IMG/VR virus record: IMGVR_UViG_3300021964_000101
Span: 1-51,271 of that record
Strand: one strand, 5' to 3'
Source: a virus
Taxonomy: Duplodnaviria > Caudoviricetes
DNA: 51,271 bases
The position numbers and the translations under genes are program-made. This document shows, piece by piece, positions 1 through 10,064 of the stretch; within the stretch, counting starts at the first letter, position 1; each line of letters begins with the position of its first letter. A model generated the notes under the pieces. That model worked only from the letters and a program-made list of their open reading frames with translations. It ran no database searches and was not told the DNA's origin.

Positions 1-89
1 CAGTAGATTTGAGAGTTGATTTTAGAAATGGAAGCAAAAATATAGACCTTAATGCTAGTGGTTTTGCTTCTTTTGTATTGATATGCTGA
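1..89 (+). CDS. 3' end of a gene truncated by the window edge (probably tail fibre-related)
   Basis: Open frame from position 3 (VDLRVDFRNG...FVLIC) to TGA at 87-89. Confidence 0.5.
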   Translation, partial: VDLRVDFRNGSKNIDLNASGFASFVLIC

Positions 90-122
90 TAATGAAACAA
101 TTTAACATAAAGGAGTTATAAA

Positions 123-416
123 ATGGCAACACATACTAAAACAATAAGTCTTACGGACTTGCAACAAAAAATATTATCTAACGATTTGTATAACGATACA
201 GACAATGCAGGATTAGATTTATGGATTCAAAATGCAGTAGATGGTAAAATTAATAATTGTTGGAAAAGATTTCAACAAGAGTGGACTACAAGGTTAATGA
301 ATGATGATTCTTTTACTGACCCTATTCCAAGTAATCAAGCAGACTTTGTGGCTTTAGTTACAGCTAGAGCAGATTATAAAAATCGTAAAGCTAGAGATGA
401 TGCGAGTAAAGCATAG
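123..416 (+). CDS. hypothetical protein, tail-fibre accessory region
   Basis: 97-aa ORF, AGGAG RBS upstream. Confidence 0.7.
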   Translation: MATHTKTISLTDLQQKILSNDLYNDTDNAGLDLWIQNAVDGKINNCWKRFQQEWTTRLMNDDSFTDPIPSNQADFVALVTARADYKNRKARDDASKA

Positions 417-427
417 AGGAGTAACAC

Positions 428-913
428 ATGAGTAAAACACAAATACCAACAGGTGGCATAGCAGATGATGCAGTTACTGCGGCTAAAGCAACTGGTTTTG
501 GAAAAATGGCACAAGTTCTTCATGCAGGGGCAACTGCAACTCAAACTAGCAATTCAACAAGTTATGTAGATTGTACTAACATGACAGTGAATATAACTCC
601 AAGTGCTACAAGTTCAAAAGTATTATGTATAGTTCATGCAGGAAACATACAATGTCCGGCAGCGGATGATGATGCAGTTTCTTTTAAAATTTTAAGAGAC
701 ACTACTTCAATTTATGAGGTTATTAATGCAAATTTTAGAACTAATGACGATGAAGTTAATTCAGACCATACTTTTTGTGTTTTGGATTCTCCTTCGTCAA
801 CTTCAGCACTGACCTATAAATTACAGTTTAAAAATAGACAGAGTAATAATATGTCTATTAATGCCACAGGGAGCACGAATAGTTCTATTACAGTTATGGA
901 GGTATTAGCATGA
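428..913 (+). CDS. putative tail-associated beta-sandwich protein
   Basis: GAGGAG RBS; IADDAVTAAK motif; LDSPSSTSALTYKLQ...SSITVMEV C-terminus typical of marine phage fibre-associated proteins. Confidence 0.6.
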   Translation: MSKTQIPTGGIADDAVTAAKATGFGKMAQVLHAGATATQTSNSTSYVDCTNMTVNITPSATSSKVLCIVHAGNIQCPAADDDAVSFKILRDTTSIYEVINANFRTNDDEVNSDHTFCVLDSPSSTSALTYKLQFKNRQSNNMSINATGSTNSSITVMEVLA

Positions 914-1122
914 CAAATGATGATAAATTTTGTAAAGCAGTGGCAACTTTAGTTTCCCCTACTCCCGAATATACTTATCAAGGTAATATGGATAATGAAA
1001 CAGTTTTTAATTCTGTTAAATGGAAAACAGGAGAAGATAGTAATGGCAGTGCAGTATTAAGTGATACTCCTCCATCTGGCATTAGTTGGAGTGCTGTGAA
1101 AACTGAAATGGACAAAATTTAA
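910..1122 (+). CDS. small hypothetical protein (possible fibre assembly chaperone)
   Basis: ATGA overlap with upstream gene. Confidence 0.55.
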   Translation: MTNDDKFCKAVATLVSPTPEYTYQGNMDNETVFNSVKWKTGEDSNGSAVLSDTPPSGISWSAVKTEMDKI

Positions 1123-1133
1123 AGGAGTAAAAC

Positions 1134-1703
1134 ATGGCACTAAGTAAAATAGATGTAGCAAATATGTTAACAGGTGCAACTCCTGTGGCTAATGGTGGTA
1201 CAGCTTTAACGTCTGGGTTTGTTAATGGTGGTGGACTTACTGAAGCTGACCAATGGAGACTAACCACAGATTTTACAGGTGTTGCTAATCCTATTACTTC
1301 TAACTTAGAACAAAATGATAGCACAGGAAATGGTGTTCCTATTGGCTCATCTATGACACAATCATCTGGTGTTTTTACTTTTCCAAGTACAGGTATTTAC
1401 ATGATTATTGCTACTCTACAAGGTAGAGGTAACAATGGCTCTGGAGCGGCAAACGATAGTGAATTTAGACTTACTATTAAAGTCACTACTAATAATAGTA
1501 CCTATACTGAAGTTGCTTTTAATGGAACTGGAGTAGAAGACAACCGATATTGTACCTCAACAGCACACTATGTTTTTGATGTTACTGACACTACACAATG
1601 CAAATGCTCTTTTAGAGTTTTCAATAACAATAGTTTAATGACGCATGGAGATAGTGGAAAAAACGAAACACATTTTACCTTTATTAGATTAGGAGATACA
1701 TAA
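1134..1703 (+). CDS. putative tail-associated protein (C1q-like fold possible)
   Basis: AGGAG RBS; PVANGGT motif; GVFTFPSTGIY motif. Confidence 0.6.
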   Translation: MALSKIDVANMLTGATPVANGGTALTSGFVNGGGLTEADQWRLTTDFTGVANPITSNLEQNDSTGNGVPIGSSMTQSSGVFTFPSTGIYMIIATLQGRGNNGSGAANDSEFRLTIKVTTNNSTYTEVAFNGTGVEDNRYCTSTAHYVFDVTDTTQCKCSFRVFNNNSLMTHGDSGKNETHFTFIRLGDT

Positions 1704-1704
1704 A

Positions 1705-1944
1705 ATGAGAGAAGATGGTAGACCAGACCATATACAAGACGCTTTAATAACTATACATACTGGACAGTGGTTTACTTGGACAGATAGTTCAAACAAAATT
1801 TATGCTAACTTACGACTTTCTGAAAAAGTTGGAATAGATGGAAACATTGTAGATAATCCAGTTACAGAATTACCAACAGAATCAGCAGTAAATACAAAGC
1901 TAACAGAATTACAAAACGCATGGGATGCGGCAAACGGAGGATAG
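1705..1944 (+). CDS. small hypothetical protein (possible fibre assembly chaperone)
   Basis: Tightly packed ORF, same arrangement as the 428/910 pair. Confidence 0.55.
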   Translation: MREDGRPDHIQDALITIHTGQWFTWTDSSNKIYANLRLSEKVGIDGNIVDNPVTELPTESAVNTKLTELQNAWDAANGG

Positions 1945-3483
1945 ATGGCATACATAGGAAAATCAATAGAGAGTGGCACATTTAGTGTTCTCGATACGAG
2001 TGGCAATACCTACAATGGGTCTAACACCACATTTAGTTTAGGTTCACAAGTTGGTTCTGCGGCACAGCTTTTAGTCTCCCATGACGGGGTTATTCAAAAA
2101 CCCGGAACAGACTATACTTTAGCAAGTGGAGGTACACAGATTACCTTTACCACAGCTCCTGCAAGTGATGCTTCTATCTTTATTGTAGAAATATCGGGTG
2201 CTGTTGGTGGCACAGTTACACCTTCTGATACATCAGTTACAGCAGACAAACTTAACACTGCTTTATTAACAGGACACACAGACATAGGAGCTAATTTAGC
2301 GGATGCAGATTTATTTCTTGTGGATGATGGTGCGGGAGGCACTTTAAGAAAAGTTGCCGCTTCAAGAATAAAAACATATGCAGGTGGAGCTGCGGCTGAT
2401 GACATTACAGCAGGAGATGGTGCTGTAAGTTTAAGCACAACTTCTGGAAACATAACTATTGAAAATGACGCTAGTGATGGCGACATAATATTTAAAGTTA
2501 ATGATGGTGGTGTTGATAAAACAGTATTTACTATTGATGGTTCTGATAACGGAAAACTTATTTTTCAAGATGATGTAGCGGCTATTTCATTAGACAAATT
2601 AATTGGAAAATTTGATACAGATACAGGAATTGATTTTGGTGTAACAGTTGGTGGTGGAGATGCTTCTTCGGCAGACCCATCAAATGTTATTTCATTTACA
2701 ACAGGTGGCGATGAAATGATGCGACTTGTTACAGAAAGACAAAATTATACTACTTTAGCTGTAGGTGACACTTCAAATTTAATATATCACGGATATGTAT
2801 TTGCTCATGGGCATGAAGCAACACAAAATGGAGGTTCTCAAATTGTTATATTTAGGCATGAAGGAACTTCACCTTATGGTATGCAAATTCATTTTTCTGG
2901 TCAAAGTCCAGATAATAATACTCAACATTTTATAAATTGTAGAGACCAATCTAGTGATAGATTTAGAGTTGAGTCTGATGGTGATGTTCAAAACCACGAT
3001 AATTCTTATGGTTCAATATCAGATGAAAGAATTAAAGATAATATTGCAGATGCTTCATCACAATGGGATGATATTAAAGCATTAAAAGTTCGTAAATTTA
3101 AAATGAAAGATGATATTTTACAATATGGTGCAGAAAATGCTACATATAAATTAGGATTAATAGCACAAGAAACAGAATTAGTTAGTCCCAACTTAATTAA
3201 AAAAAGAAAAGCAAGTGTACAAGAAGTAAGACACTCATCTGAGTTTGGTACGGTTGTTGATGATACCGATGCTCCTATAGTAGATAAACATCAAAACCCT
3301 GTTTTAGATAGTGATGGAAATCCTACATATCAAAAAAAGGTTGTACCTAAAGAGGGTGATGCGGCACTAGTAAGACAAATGAAATATTCTGTGTTATATA
3401 TGAAAGCAATAAAGTGTTTGCAAGAAGCACAGACTCGTATTGAAACATTAGAATCTAAAGTAAAAACTTTAGAAGGAGCATAA
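1945..3483 (+). CDS. tail fibre/spike with C-terminal intramolecular chaperone (Peptidase S74-like)
   Basis: SDERIKDNI autocleavage motif, GLIAQE, C-terminal coiled coil; N-terminal DGVIQKPGTDYT module. Confidence 0.85.
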   Translation: MAYIGKSIESGTFSVLDTSGNTYNGSNTTFSLGSQVGSAAQLLVSHDGVIQKPGTDYTLASGGTQITFTTAPASDASIFIVEISGAVGGTVTPSDTSVTADKLNTALLTGHTDIGANLADADLFLVDDGAGGTLRKVAASRIKTYAGGAAADDITAGDGAVSLSTTSGNITIENDASDGDIIFKVNDGGVDKTVFTIDGSDNGKLIFQDDVAAISLDKLIGKFDTDTGIDFGVTVGGGDASSADPSNVISFTTGGDEMMRLVTERQNYTTLAVGDTSNLIYHGYVFAHGHEATQNGGSQIVIFRHEGTSPYGMQIHFSGQSPDNNTQHFINCRDQSSDRFRVESDGDVQNHDNSYGSISDERIKDNIADASSQWDDIKALKVRKFKMKDDILQYGAENATYKLGLIAQETELVSPNLIKKRKASVQEVRHSSEFGTVVDDTDAPIVDKHQNPVLDSDGNPTYQKKVVPKEGDAALVRQMKYSVLYMKAIKCLQEAQTRIETLESKVKTLEGA

Positions 3484-4229
3484 TGAAAAAATATTTTTTT
3501 TTAAATGGTATGCCAAGAGCGGGTAATACTTTACTTGCATCAATATTAAATCAAAATCCAGATATTAAAACAACTGCAAATAGTTTGACAATGGGTTTAA
3601 TAAGAAAAGCAAATAATTTAAAATATTTAAGTAATTTAAATAAAGATAAAGATACAGAAATATTTTTAAATTTTCCAGACCACAATTCTTTAGAAAATGT
3701 TATAAAAAATATTATTCCAAATTATTATAAAGATTGGAATTGTAAATATATAATAGATAGAAGCCCAGTAGGTCTGCAAGGTAATTTAGAGTTAATGCAA
3801 AAATATTTAGGGCAACCAATAAAAGTTATTGTATTAATGAGAAAAATAGAAGATGTTCTTTCGTCATTTCTTAAAGTATTAAAAAATGTAAAAGGAACAG
3901 ATGAAGAAAAAGTAAAAAACTTAATGAGAGTTAATGGTCCTATTCACAACGCTGTATTAAGCACACAAAATTTACAAAATAAAAATATAGCACATTTTGT
4001 AGAATACACTGATTTAATAAATAATCCAAAAGAAGTGATTAATGGTATTTATAAATTTTTAGATATACCAAAATATAATCATAGATTTGTTAATTTAGAA
4101 CAATTTAATATTAATGGTGTAAAATATGAAGAAGATATTAAATTGCATACAATTAAAACTGATAAATTATATATGACACATCATAAACCATTATCGAATA
4201 ATATTTTAAAAAGTATAAGAGGTAAGTAA
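3483..4229 (+). CDS. sulfotransferase family protein
   Basis: N-terminal GMPRAGNTLLASIL PAPS-binding loop; R-x7-S motif; YxDL...P...I..FL C-terminal pattern. Confidence 0.8.
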   Translation: MKKYFFLNGMPRAGNTLLASILNQNPDIKTTANSLTMGLIRKANNLKYLSNLNKDKDTEIFLNFPDHNSLENVIKNIIPNYYKDWNCKYIIDRSPVGLQGNLELMQKYLGQPIKVIVLMRKIEDVLSSFLKVLKNVKGTDEEKVKNLMRVNGPIHNAVLSTQNLQNKNIAHFVEYTDLINNPKEVINGIYKFLDIPKYNHRFVNLEQFNINGVKYEEDIKLHTIKTDKLYMTHHKPLSNNILKSIRGK

Positions 4230-4366
4230 CGTCTAAACTATCTGTAAACAATAGTTACTTTACACCAGTAAAGAAAAGAACTTCAATAGGTAACTCATCA
4301 AGGAGTAAGCCTAAAAATAAAAGTAAAAGGTTAAACTTTAAAAAATATAATAGACAGGGTAAATAG
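4229..4366 (+). CDS. small basic protein with ACG in place of ATG (not in ORF track)
   Basis: 45-codon frame SKLSVNNSYFTPVKKRTSIGNSSRSKPKNKSKRLNFKKYNRQGK exactly fills the gap; AGAGGT upstream. Confidence 0.55.
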   Translation, partial: TSKLSVNNSYFTPVKKRTSIGNSSRSKPKNKSKRLNFKKYNRQGK

Positions 4367-5088
4367 TGAAAAATACAATTACATTAGCTACAATAATTTT
4401 AGTAATGCAAATTGTATTAACATTTTCAACCGTTCGTGCAACAGATACAAATACACAATCAAATCAAAGTGGTTCTAACACAAATATAACAGGTGGCTAT
4501 ACATCAACAACGTCAAATACGTACAGTGGTGGGCAAACAAACACAACAACCAACACCACTACATCAACTTCCAATGGGTCAGATATACCCGTTAACTCGG
4601 CTAACTCCCCTTCATATTCAGCGATGTCGCAAGATGTATGTAGTATGGGCGTTAGTGGTTCTGTGTCTACCCTTGGCTTTGGGGTATCTGGTGGCAAGCA
4701 TGTAAGGGATTTGAACTGTGAGCGTATTAAGCTCAGTAAAGTTTTATACGACTATGGCATGAAAATTGCGGCGGTAAGCCTATTGTGTCAAGATGAGCGT
4801 GTGTTCGAAGCAATGCTTATGGCAGGCACACCTTGTCCATTTGAAGGTAAGATTGGCCCGGAAGCAATAGCACAGTGGAATAAGTACGATGTAGAAAGAC
4901 CAGACTATGAAACGTACATACAAAAGCTAGAGCAAAGGTCTCGTATTGATGAAGAATTAGCGGAAATAGAAAGACAAGAAGAAGCTAAAAGACAACAAGA
5001 AGAAATACAAAAGGCTATTGCAGAAAGTAAAATAATAGAAACAGATTTAGAAACAAAAGAAAAGAAAATAATTAATGTCCATAATTAG
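4366..5088 (+). CDS. secreted Cys-containing hypothetical protein
   Basis: Signal-peptide-like N-terminus, Thr/Ser-rich linker, CERIKLSK...LLCQD...AGTPCP core. Confidence 0.7.
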   Translation: MKNTITLATIILVMQIVLTFSTVRATDTNTQSNQSGSNTNITGGYTSTTSNTYSGGQTNTTTNTTTSTSNGSDIPVNSANSPSYSAMSQDVCSMGVSGSVSTLGFGVSGGKHVRDLNCERIKLSKVLYDYGMKIAAVSLLCQDERVFEAMLMAGTPCPFEGKIGPEAIAQWNKYDVERPDYETYIQKLEQRSRIDEELAEIERQEEAKRQQEEIQKAIAESKIIETDLETKEKKIINVHN

Positions 5089-5093
5089 AGTGT

Positions 5094-5210
5094 ATGAAAT
5101 ACTATATAAAAAATACAACTCTATGGATGCTTAGAATTTATATTGTATGGTCAATTTGTTTAGATATAAGTTTAGTTACTGGACTTTTGTATTATTTCTT
5201 TGTTTATTAG
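5094..5210 (+). CDS. possible small membrane protein (not in ORF track)
   Basis: 38 aa MKYYIKNTTLWMLRIYIVWSICLDISLVTGLLYYFFVY; overlaps start of next ORF. Confidence 0.4.
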   Translation: MKYYIKNTTLWMLRIYIVWSICLDISLVTGLLYYFFVY

Positions 5211-6667
5211 CAAGACCTGTTTTTTCTGTTGGTGAAATAAATACAGGTAATTTATTAAACAATAGCACATTTGATAATGGCTCATTAAGTGGATGGACAA
5301 CAAATAATAGCGGTCAATATCATGATGGTATAGGTAATGAATGTCCGGGCATAACTATTGATTATGATAGCTCTGGATGTGGTACATCTGGTAGTGCCGC
5401 TTTAAATGGTGGCGGCTATATTGAACAAACCCTATCTCTTGTTGATGATGGAGGTTTACACAAAGCAGAAATAAACGAAGGCTTTGAAAGTAAATTATCT
5501 GTAGACGCATGGTTTTGGAGCGGTTCTAATGACCAAGTTATTATTCGTCAAACATTAACTGATGATAATGGTAATGTTACAACACAGACAAGAATAGTAA
5601 CGGGAACAACAGATACTGTATACACGAATGGATATGAAACATATTCAGATACCATAATTATAGGCAGTAATACACAAGCTGACTATGATATAACAGCACG
5701 AATAGAAGGGGTTGATGGTGGAGGTTATAATGATGGAACAAGCCACAATGCACCAGATATTGATAACGTTACACTAGATGTAACATATTCTAAACCAACT
5801 GTTTTGGAAGAAACACAGTTAGAAGAATTAGAAATAGAAGAATTTATAATTGGTGATATAGAAGATACACTAAGTCAAGATAGTAGTTTCTTTGAAGAAT
5901 ATGAAATTGTATCACTAGAAGAGTTTATGATGCCCATGGAAGAATCATCATCTATGGACACAATGGTGGCGGAGGAATTTTCAGAGCCCGTAACAGAGGA
6001 GGTAACAAATGATACCTATGACGATACAGATTTGAAAGAACCTACTCCAACTATGGAAGAAGGCCCAAAGGACGAAGAAGGCCCACCAGAGGTTATTGAG
6101 AATGAAGAAACGCCAATGGAACAGCCCGATAATAGTCCTACAGAAGAGGAAACAGTAGAGGAGGAAAAACCAACCGAAGAAGCGCCACAAGAAGAAGCTA
6201 ATAATGAAAGTAATGACGAAGACAAAAAAACAACAGAGGAGGAAACCGAATCCGATAGCGAAGAATCTAGCGAGTCCGAAGTACAGACAGCAGAAGAAGG
6301 AGAGCAAAAGGGTATACAATCGGACACAGTGGCAGAAGCAGGGCCTACTGCGAATGTTGGAGGGGTTGAGATAAACATTGAAAATGTAGCAAAACAATTA
6401 TCTAAACTAGATAAGTTTTTGTTACAACCAAGTCTAGAAAATTATAGCAACGCTGTTTTTTACACAGCAAAAGATATGTATGAAGGTTCAGAGCTAACAG
6501 CTTATATATCATTAAATTTATCTTCATACACAGGTGACATTTATGGTGGGGTTACTCTTGATAATTATATCTTGAATGACCCCATCGAAGTACAAAAAAA
6601 GAAATTATTTAATATACGTAATATAAAAAGAAAATTACTAGCTGAACTGGAGGCACTTAAACAATGA
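5147..6667 (+). CDS. secreted/membrane protein with carbohydrate-binding-like N-domain and long acidic linker
   Basis: Hydrophobic leader, NLLNNSTFDNG..GWT motif, Glu-rich low-complexity middle. Confidence 0.7.
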   Translation: MVNLFRYKFSYWTFVLFLCLLARPVFSVGEINTGNLLNNSTFDNGSLSGWTTNNSGQYHDGIGNECPGITIDYDSSGCGTSGSAALNGGGYIEQTLSLVDDGGLHKAEINEGFESKLSVDAWFWSGSNDQVIIRQTLTDDNGNVTTQTRIVTGTTDTVYTNGYETYSDTIIIGSNTQADYDITARIEGVDGGGYNDGTSHNAPDIDNVTLDVTYSKPTVLEETQLEELEIEEFIIGDIEDTLSQDSSFFEEYEIVSLEEFMMPMEESSSMDTMVAEEFSEPVTEEVTNDTYDDTDLKEPTPTMEEGPKDEEGPPEVIENEETPMEQPDNSPTEEETVEEEKPTEEAPQEEANNESNDEDKKTTEEETESDSEESSESEVQTAEEGEQKGIQSDTVAEAGPTANVGGVEINIENVAKQLSKLDKFLLQPSLENYSNAVFYTAKDMYEGSELTAYISLNLSSYTGDIYGGVTLDNYILNDPIEVQKKKLFNIRNIKRKLLAELEALKQ

Positions 6668-7146
6668 AAATAATAGATAAATTATCTACATACGCGGCAC
6701 TTATAGGAACTATATCAGTTATCGGAGGAGGATTTTATGCGTGGGGTGAGTTTAATACACGCCTATCCGCACTAGAAGGTGAGCCACCAGTAAATTTACA
6801 GCCACTACAAAGTAAAGATAAAGAATTATCAAAAGAAATTAATGATAATAAAATTGATTTAATTGATAGAATTAAAAAGGTAGATGATAAAATACAACCA
6901 GTAGATTTAACTCTTGTATTTAAAGAAATTGGTAAATTGCGTGAACAAATTGCAATGCTACCAAAACCTAATAATTTAAATCCCATCTACACTTCTTTAA
7001 AAGAATTAGAAGAATATGCTTGGGAATTAGAAGAAGATATTGAAGAATTAAGTAAGCAAGTAGCTATTGTATCAAAAGAAAATGAAATACAAGATGCTAT
7101 GCTTGAAGAGATTAAATTAGAATCGGGTAACCCGTTATCTAATTAA
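6664..7146 (+). CDS. membrane-anchored coiled-coil protein
   Basis: N-terminal TM segment (AALIGTISVIGGGFYAW), heptad repeats, ATGA overlap. Confidence 0.7.
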   Translation: MKIIDKLSTYAALIGTISVIGGGFYAWGEFNTRLSALEGEPPVNLQPLQSKDKELSKEINDNKIDLIDRIKKVDDKIQPVDLTLVFKEIGKLREQIAMLPKPNNLNPIYTSLKELEEYAWELEEDIEELSKQVAIVSKENEIQDAMLEEIKLESGNPLSN

Positions 7147-7188
7147 TACGTCAAGCCTCGGGAGTGGTCGCCCAACACTGGAGGATAT

Positions 7189-7392
7189 ATGGCAGAAAAA
7201 CAAGAACAACCAACTGCACAAGTTAATCAAGACTTAATGCAAGAGGTTATTAATAAAATAGCTTCACAACGAAATGAAGCCTATAATAAAATAGCGACTT
7301 TAGAAATTCAATTAGGAAATTTACGAAAAGAAAATATGCGATTGAAAGCGACTATAGAAGCTGAAAAGGAGTTTAAGAAAAAGGATAAATAA
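7189..7392 (+). CDS. small coiled-coil hypothetical protein
   Basis: GGAGG RBS, 67 aa. Confidence 0.7.
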   Translation: MAEKQEQPTAQVNQDLMQEVINKIASQRNEAYNKIATLEIQLGNLRKENMRLKATIEAEKEFKKKDK

Positions 7393-8879
7393 TGTATAGA
7401 AAACCCGGAGATATGGGGAAATACGTAGCTGTAAATGACCCCGGACAACCTTTTGAAGGTAAAACTTTTGACGAATACTTAGCATCTGATTTATATCAAC
7501 AAAATATTGGTCAACAAATTGCCCAGACTCCTTCAATTAATGTCCCTACAAATGTATCGGAAAGAGTTGAAAGTCAAGTAGTTGAACAAGCAGGTGTTGG
7601 AGATATAAAAGCTAGTTTACCATCAGGTACATCCGTTGAACCAGTTTTACTAGAAGAAAAAGCTAGTGAATTGTTACAACAACAAGCATTAGGAGAAGCA
7701 CCTGCTGTAACAACAGCACAAACTCCAACAACAGGTATTGAAGTTGATGTACCTCAATCCCCTAATGTAGCAACATATACTGCATATACAACTCCTAATA
7801 CTCCAGAAGCACAAGCGGCACAAGGCACATTAAACTCTCAAGCTATTATTGGTAATATACAAGGTGCTGTATCAGACGCGGCACAAGCAGAGGCGGCACA
7901 AGGTACTGTTAGCCCAGAGGCAACTGTCCAATATCAATTATCAAAATTATTTGATTCAATTGGAACAGGAAAAGATTTACCGGCGTGGGCCGCACCGGCT
8001 GTTCGTAAAGTGTCCGCTATTATGGCACAGCGTGGTTTAGGGTCATCAAGCATGGCGGCGGCGGCAATGACACAAGCGGTTATGGAATCTGCTATACCTA
8101 TTGCGGCGGCTGACGCACAGACATACGCAAAATTAGACTTACAAAATTTAACAAATCAACAACAAGCTACATTGCAAAACGCGGCAACGGTAGCGGCAAT
8201 GGACAGAGCCAATTTAAGCGCTCAATTACAATCAGGAATTAACAATGCAAGAAACTTTCTATCCATTGACCTAGCAAATCTCACTAATCAACAAAAAACA
8301 AATGAATTAGAATATCAAGGAATACTACAAACACTATTCCGTGACCAAGCCGCTGAAAACGCGGCAAGGCAGTTTAATGCCAAAACACAAAATGAAGTTG
8401 ATATGTTTTTTACTGAATTAGGCACACAAGTTGAAAACGCAAATAAAAACAGAGTAGCGGCTCAACAACAATTTAATGCTGACCAATCAAACGCACAATC
8501 ACGTTTTGTTGCACAGTTACAAGATTCAAGAGAAAAATTTAATCAAAACATGCAATTGCAAATAAATCAAAATAACACACAGTGGCGTAGAAATATTAAC
8601 ACCGCAAATACAACACTACAAAATGAAGTTAATAGATTAAACGCACAAAATTTATTGCAAATGAATCAAAACCAACTAAATAACTTATGGCAACGATACC
8701 GTGACGAAGCATCATGGTTAATGCAAAGTGCAGAGAATGCAAAAGCAAGAGCCCATCAAGTTGCTATGTTTGCTCAAGAGTCAAGTTTTGACCAAGCAAT
8801 GTATGAACAAAAAACAAAAGATATTACAATGGCAGAGCTAGGGCGTGGCGTTATCAAAGGTATATTTAATTTATTTTAG
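7392..8879 (+). CDS. putative internal virion (ejection) protein
   Basis: Ala/Gln/Asn-rich helical composition; position in structural arm. Confidence 0.65.
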   Translation: MYRKPGDMGKYVAVNDPGQPFEGKTFDEYLASDLYQQNIGQQIAQTPSINVPTNVSERVESQVVEQAGVGDIKASLPSGTSVEPVLLEEKASELLQQQALGEAPAVTTAQTPTTGIEVDVPQSPNVATYTAYTTPNTPEAQAAQGTLNSQAIIGNIQGAVSDAAQAEAAQGTVSPEATVQYQLSKLFDSIGTGKDLPAWAAPAVRKVSAIMAQRGLGSSSMAAAAMTQAVMESAIPIAAADAQTYAKLDLQNLTNQQQATLQNAATVAAMDRANLSAQLQSGINNARNFLSIDLANLTNQQKTNELEYQGILQTLFRDQAAENAARQFNAKTQNEVDMFFTELGTQVENANKNRVAAQQQFNADQSNAQSRFVAQLQDSREKFNQNMQLQINQNNTQWRRNINTANTTLQNEVNRLNAQNLLQMNQNQLNNLWQRYRDEASWLMQSAENAKARAHQVAMFAQESSFDQAMYEQKTKDITMAELGRGVIKGIFNLF

Positions 8880-8888
8880 GAGACAGTA

Positions 8889-9485
8889 ATGGGACTTAGA
8901 GATTTTTTTGATGATATAATTCCAAATGAGTTAAAAGGCTCACTTGGTAAAGTGGCCGCTATTGGAGCATCTGCTTACTTTGGATATAAGTATGCCCCTA
9001 CAGTATATAAAGCGGCTAAAGAGTTTATTGGACAACCCGGTGTTGGAGCCGCAGTTGATTCCGGGCAAGAAGCTACCGGTATGTATGCACTAGCAGAAAA
9101 ATTTAAAAAGTATTCTGATAATCCATTGGTAAAGTTTGGTAAAGGTGTAGTAGGTCAAACCTATTTAGGTAAAGGAAAAGGTTATGAAGAAGACACACAA
9201 GGAGCTGAATATCTGGCAAATTTACAAGCACTTAATTCTAGATATACAGGAAATAAATTTAGTAGTGTAACACCCGGTGTTAGCACATTTCAAACAACAC
9301 AAGTTAGAAATCCCGGCTTTGAAAATGTGCGTGTACAACAAGGTCTATTAAACATGAATAATTTTATGGCTGACCTAATGGATAACGGCCGTATTGATAG
9401 TAGTTCATTATATGCTGAAGGCCCGAGGGGAACAACTGTAAAAGTTGGCTCTGCAGGTTTAAAAAGCATGAAAACTATAGGATAA
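8889..9485 (+). CDS. putative internal virion protein
   Basis: AGGAG RBS; Gly/Ala-rich N-terminal hydrophobic segment. Confidence 0.55.
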   Translation: MGLRDFFDDIIPNELKGSLGKVAAIGASAYFGYKYAPTVYKAAKEFIGQPGVGAAVDSGQEATGMYALAEKFKKYSDNPLVKFGKGVVGQTYLGKGKGYEEDTQGAEYLANLQALNSRYTGNKFSSVTPGVSTFQTTQVRNPGFENVRVQQGLLNMNNFMADLMDNGRIDSSSLYAEGPRGTTVKVGSAGLKSMKTIG

Positions 9486-9488
9486 AAA

Positions 9489-10064
9489 ATGAAAAACGAT
9501 ATTAATAAAATTGACAATAATGTATTAAGAGGAGCAGAAACAGCGGCACAAGACCCATTTAATTTTCCTGTTCCGGGTCATTCTTTAACCGATTCACCAG
9601 ATAAATGGTCTTGGGATAAACCTTCAAGAATGACCGACCCAAGTAAAGTTGTTGATTTTGTTGTTGATAAAATTGAATCACAAGGTGAAGTAAAAGAGCA
9701 CTTTTTACGATTAATGGGTTCGGGTATAACAGTAGAAGAAATAGTAAACACTATTGGACTTGGCGGATTTACTGCAGGAGAGTTTACACCGGATGTTGCA
9801 GAAATAATTAAACCACCACTTGCTGTTTATTTTATTGGTTTAGCTATTGAAAATAAAGTTCCTGTTGTTGCTTTTAGTAAAAAAGAATTAGAAGAAGACG
9901 GTAAAATGATTTCACGAAGAGAAACTTTAGATATTATGGAAGAGCGTAATCCACAAGAATACTATCGTTTAATGAGTGCATTAGATAATAAAAAAGAAGA
10001 TTTAAATATGCAAAAACCAGAAGACGAACAGCCTGCGGGTTTTATTAATATGGAGAATAAATAA
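9489..10064 (+). CDS. conserved hypothetical virion-associated protein
   Basis: PVPGHSLT...W.W..P motif; operon context. Confidence 0.6.
   Translation: MKNDINKIDNNVLRGAETAAQDPFNFPVPGHSLTDSPDKWSWDKPSRMTDPSKVVDFVVDKIESQGEVKEHFLRLMGSGITVEEIVNTIGLGGFTAGEFTPDVAEIIKPPLAVYFIGLAIENKVPVVAFSKKELEEDGKMISRRETLDIMEERNPQEYYRLMSALDNKKEDLNMQKPEDEQPAGFINMENK

Noticed and set aside
7160-7172. GGGAGTGGTCGCC repeated at 22501-22513
   Set aside because: Only 13 nt and second copy is in coding sequence; could be chance
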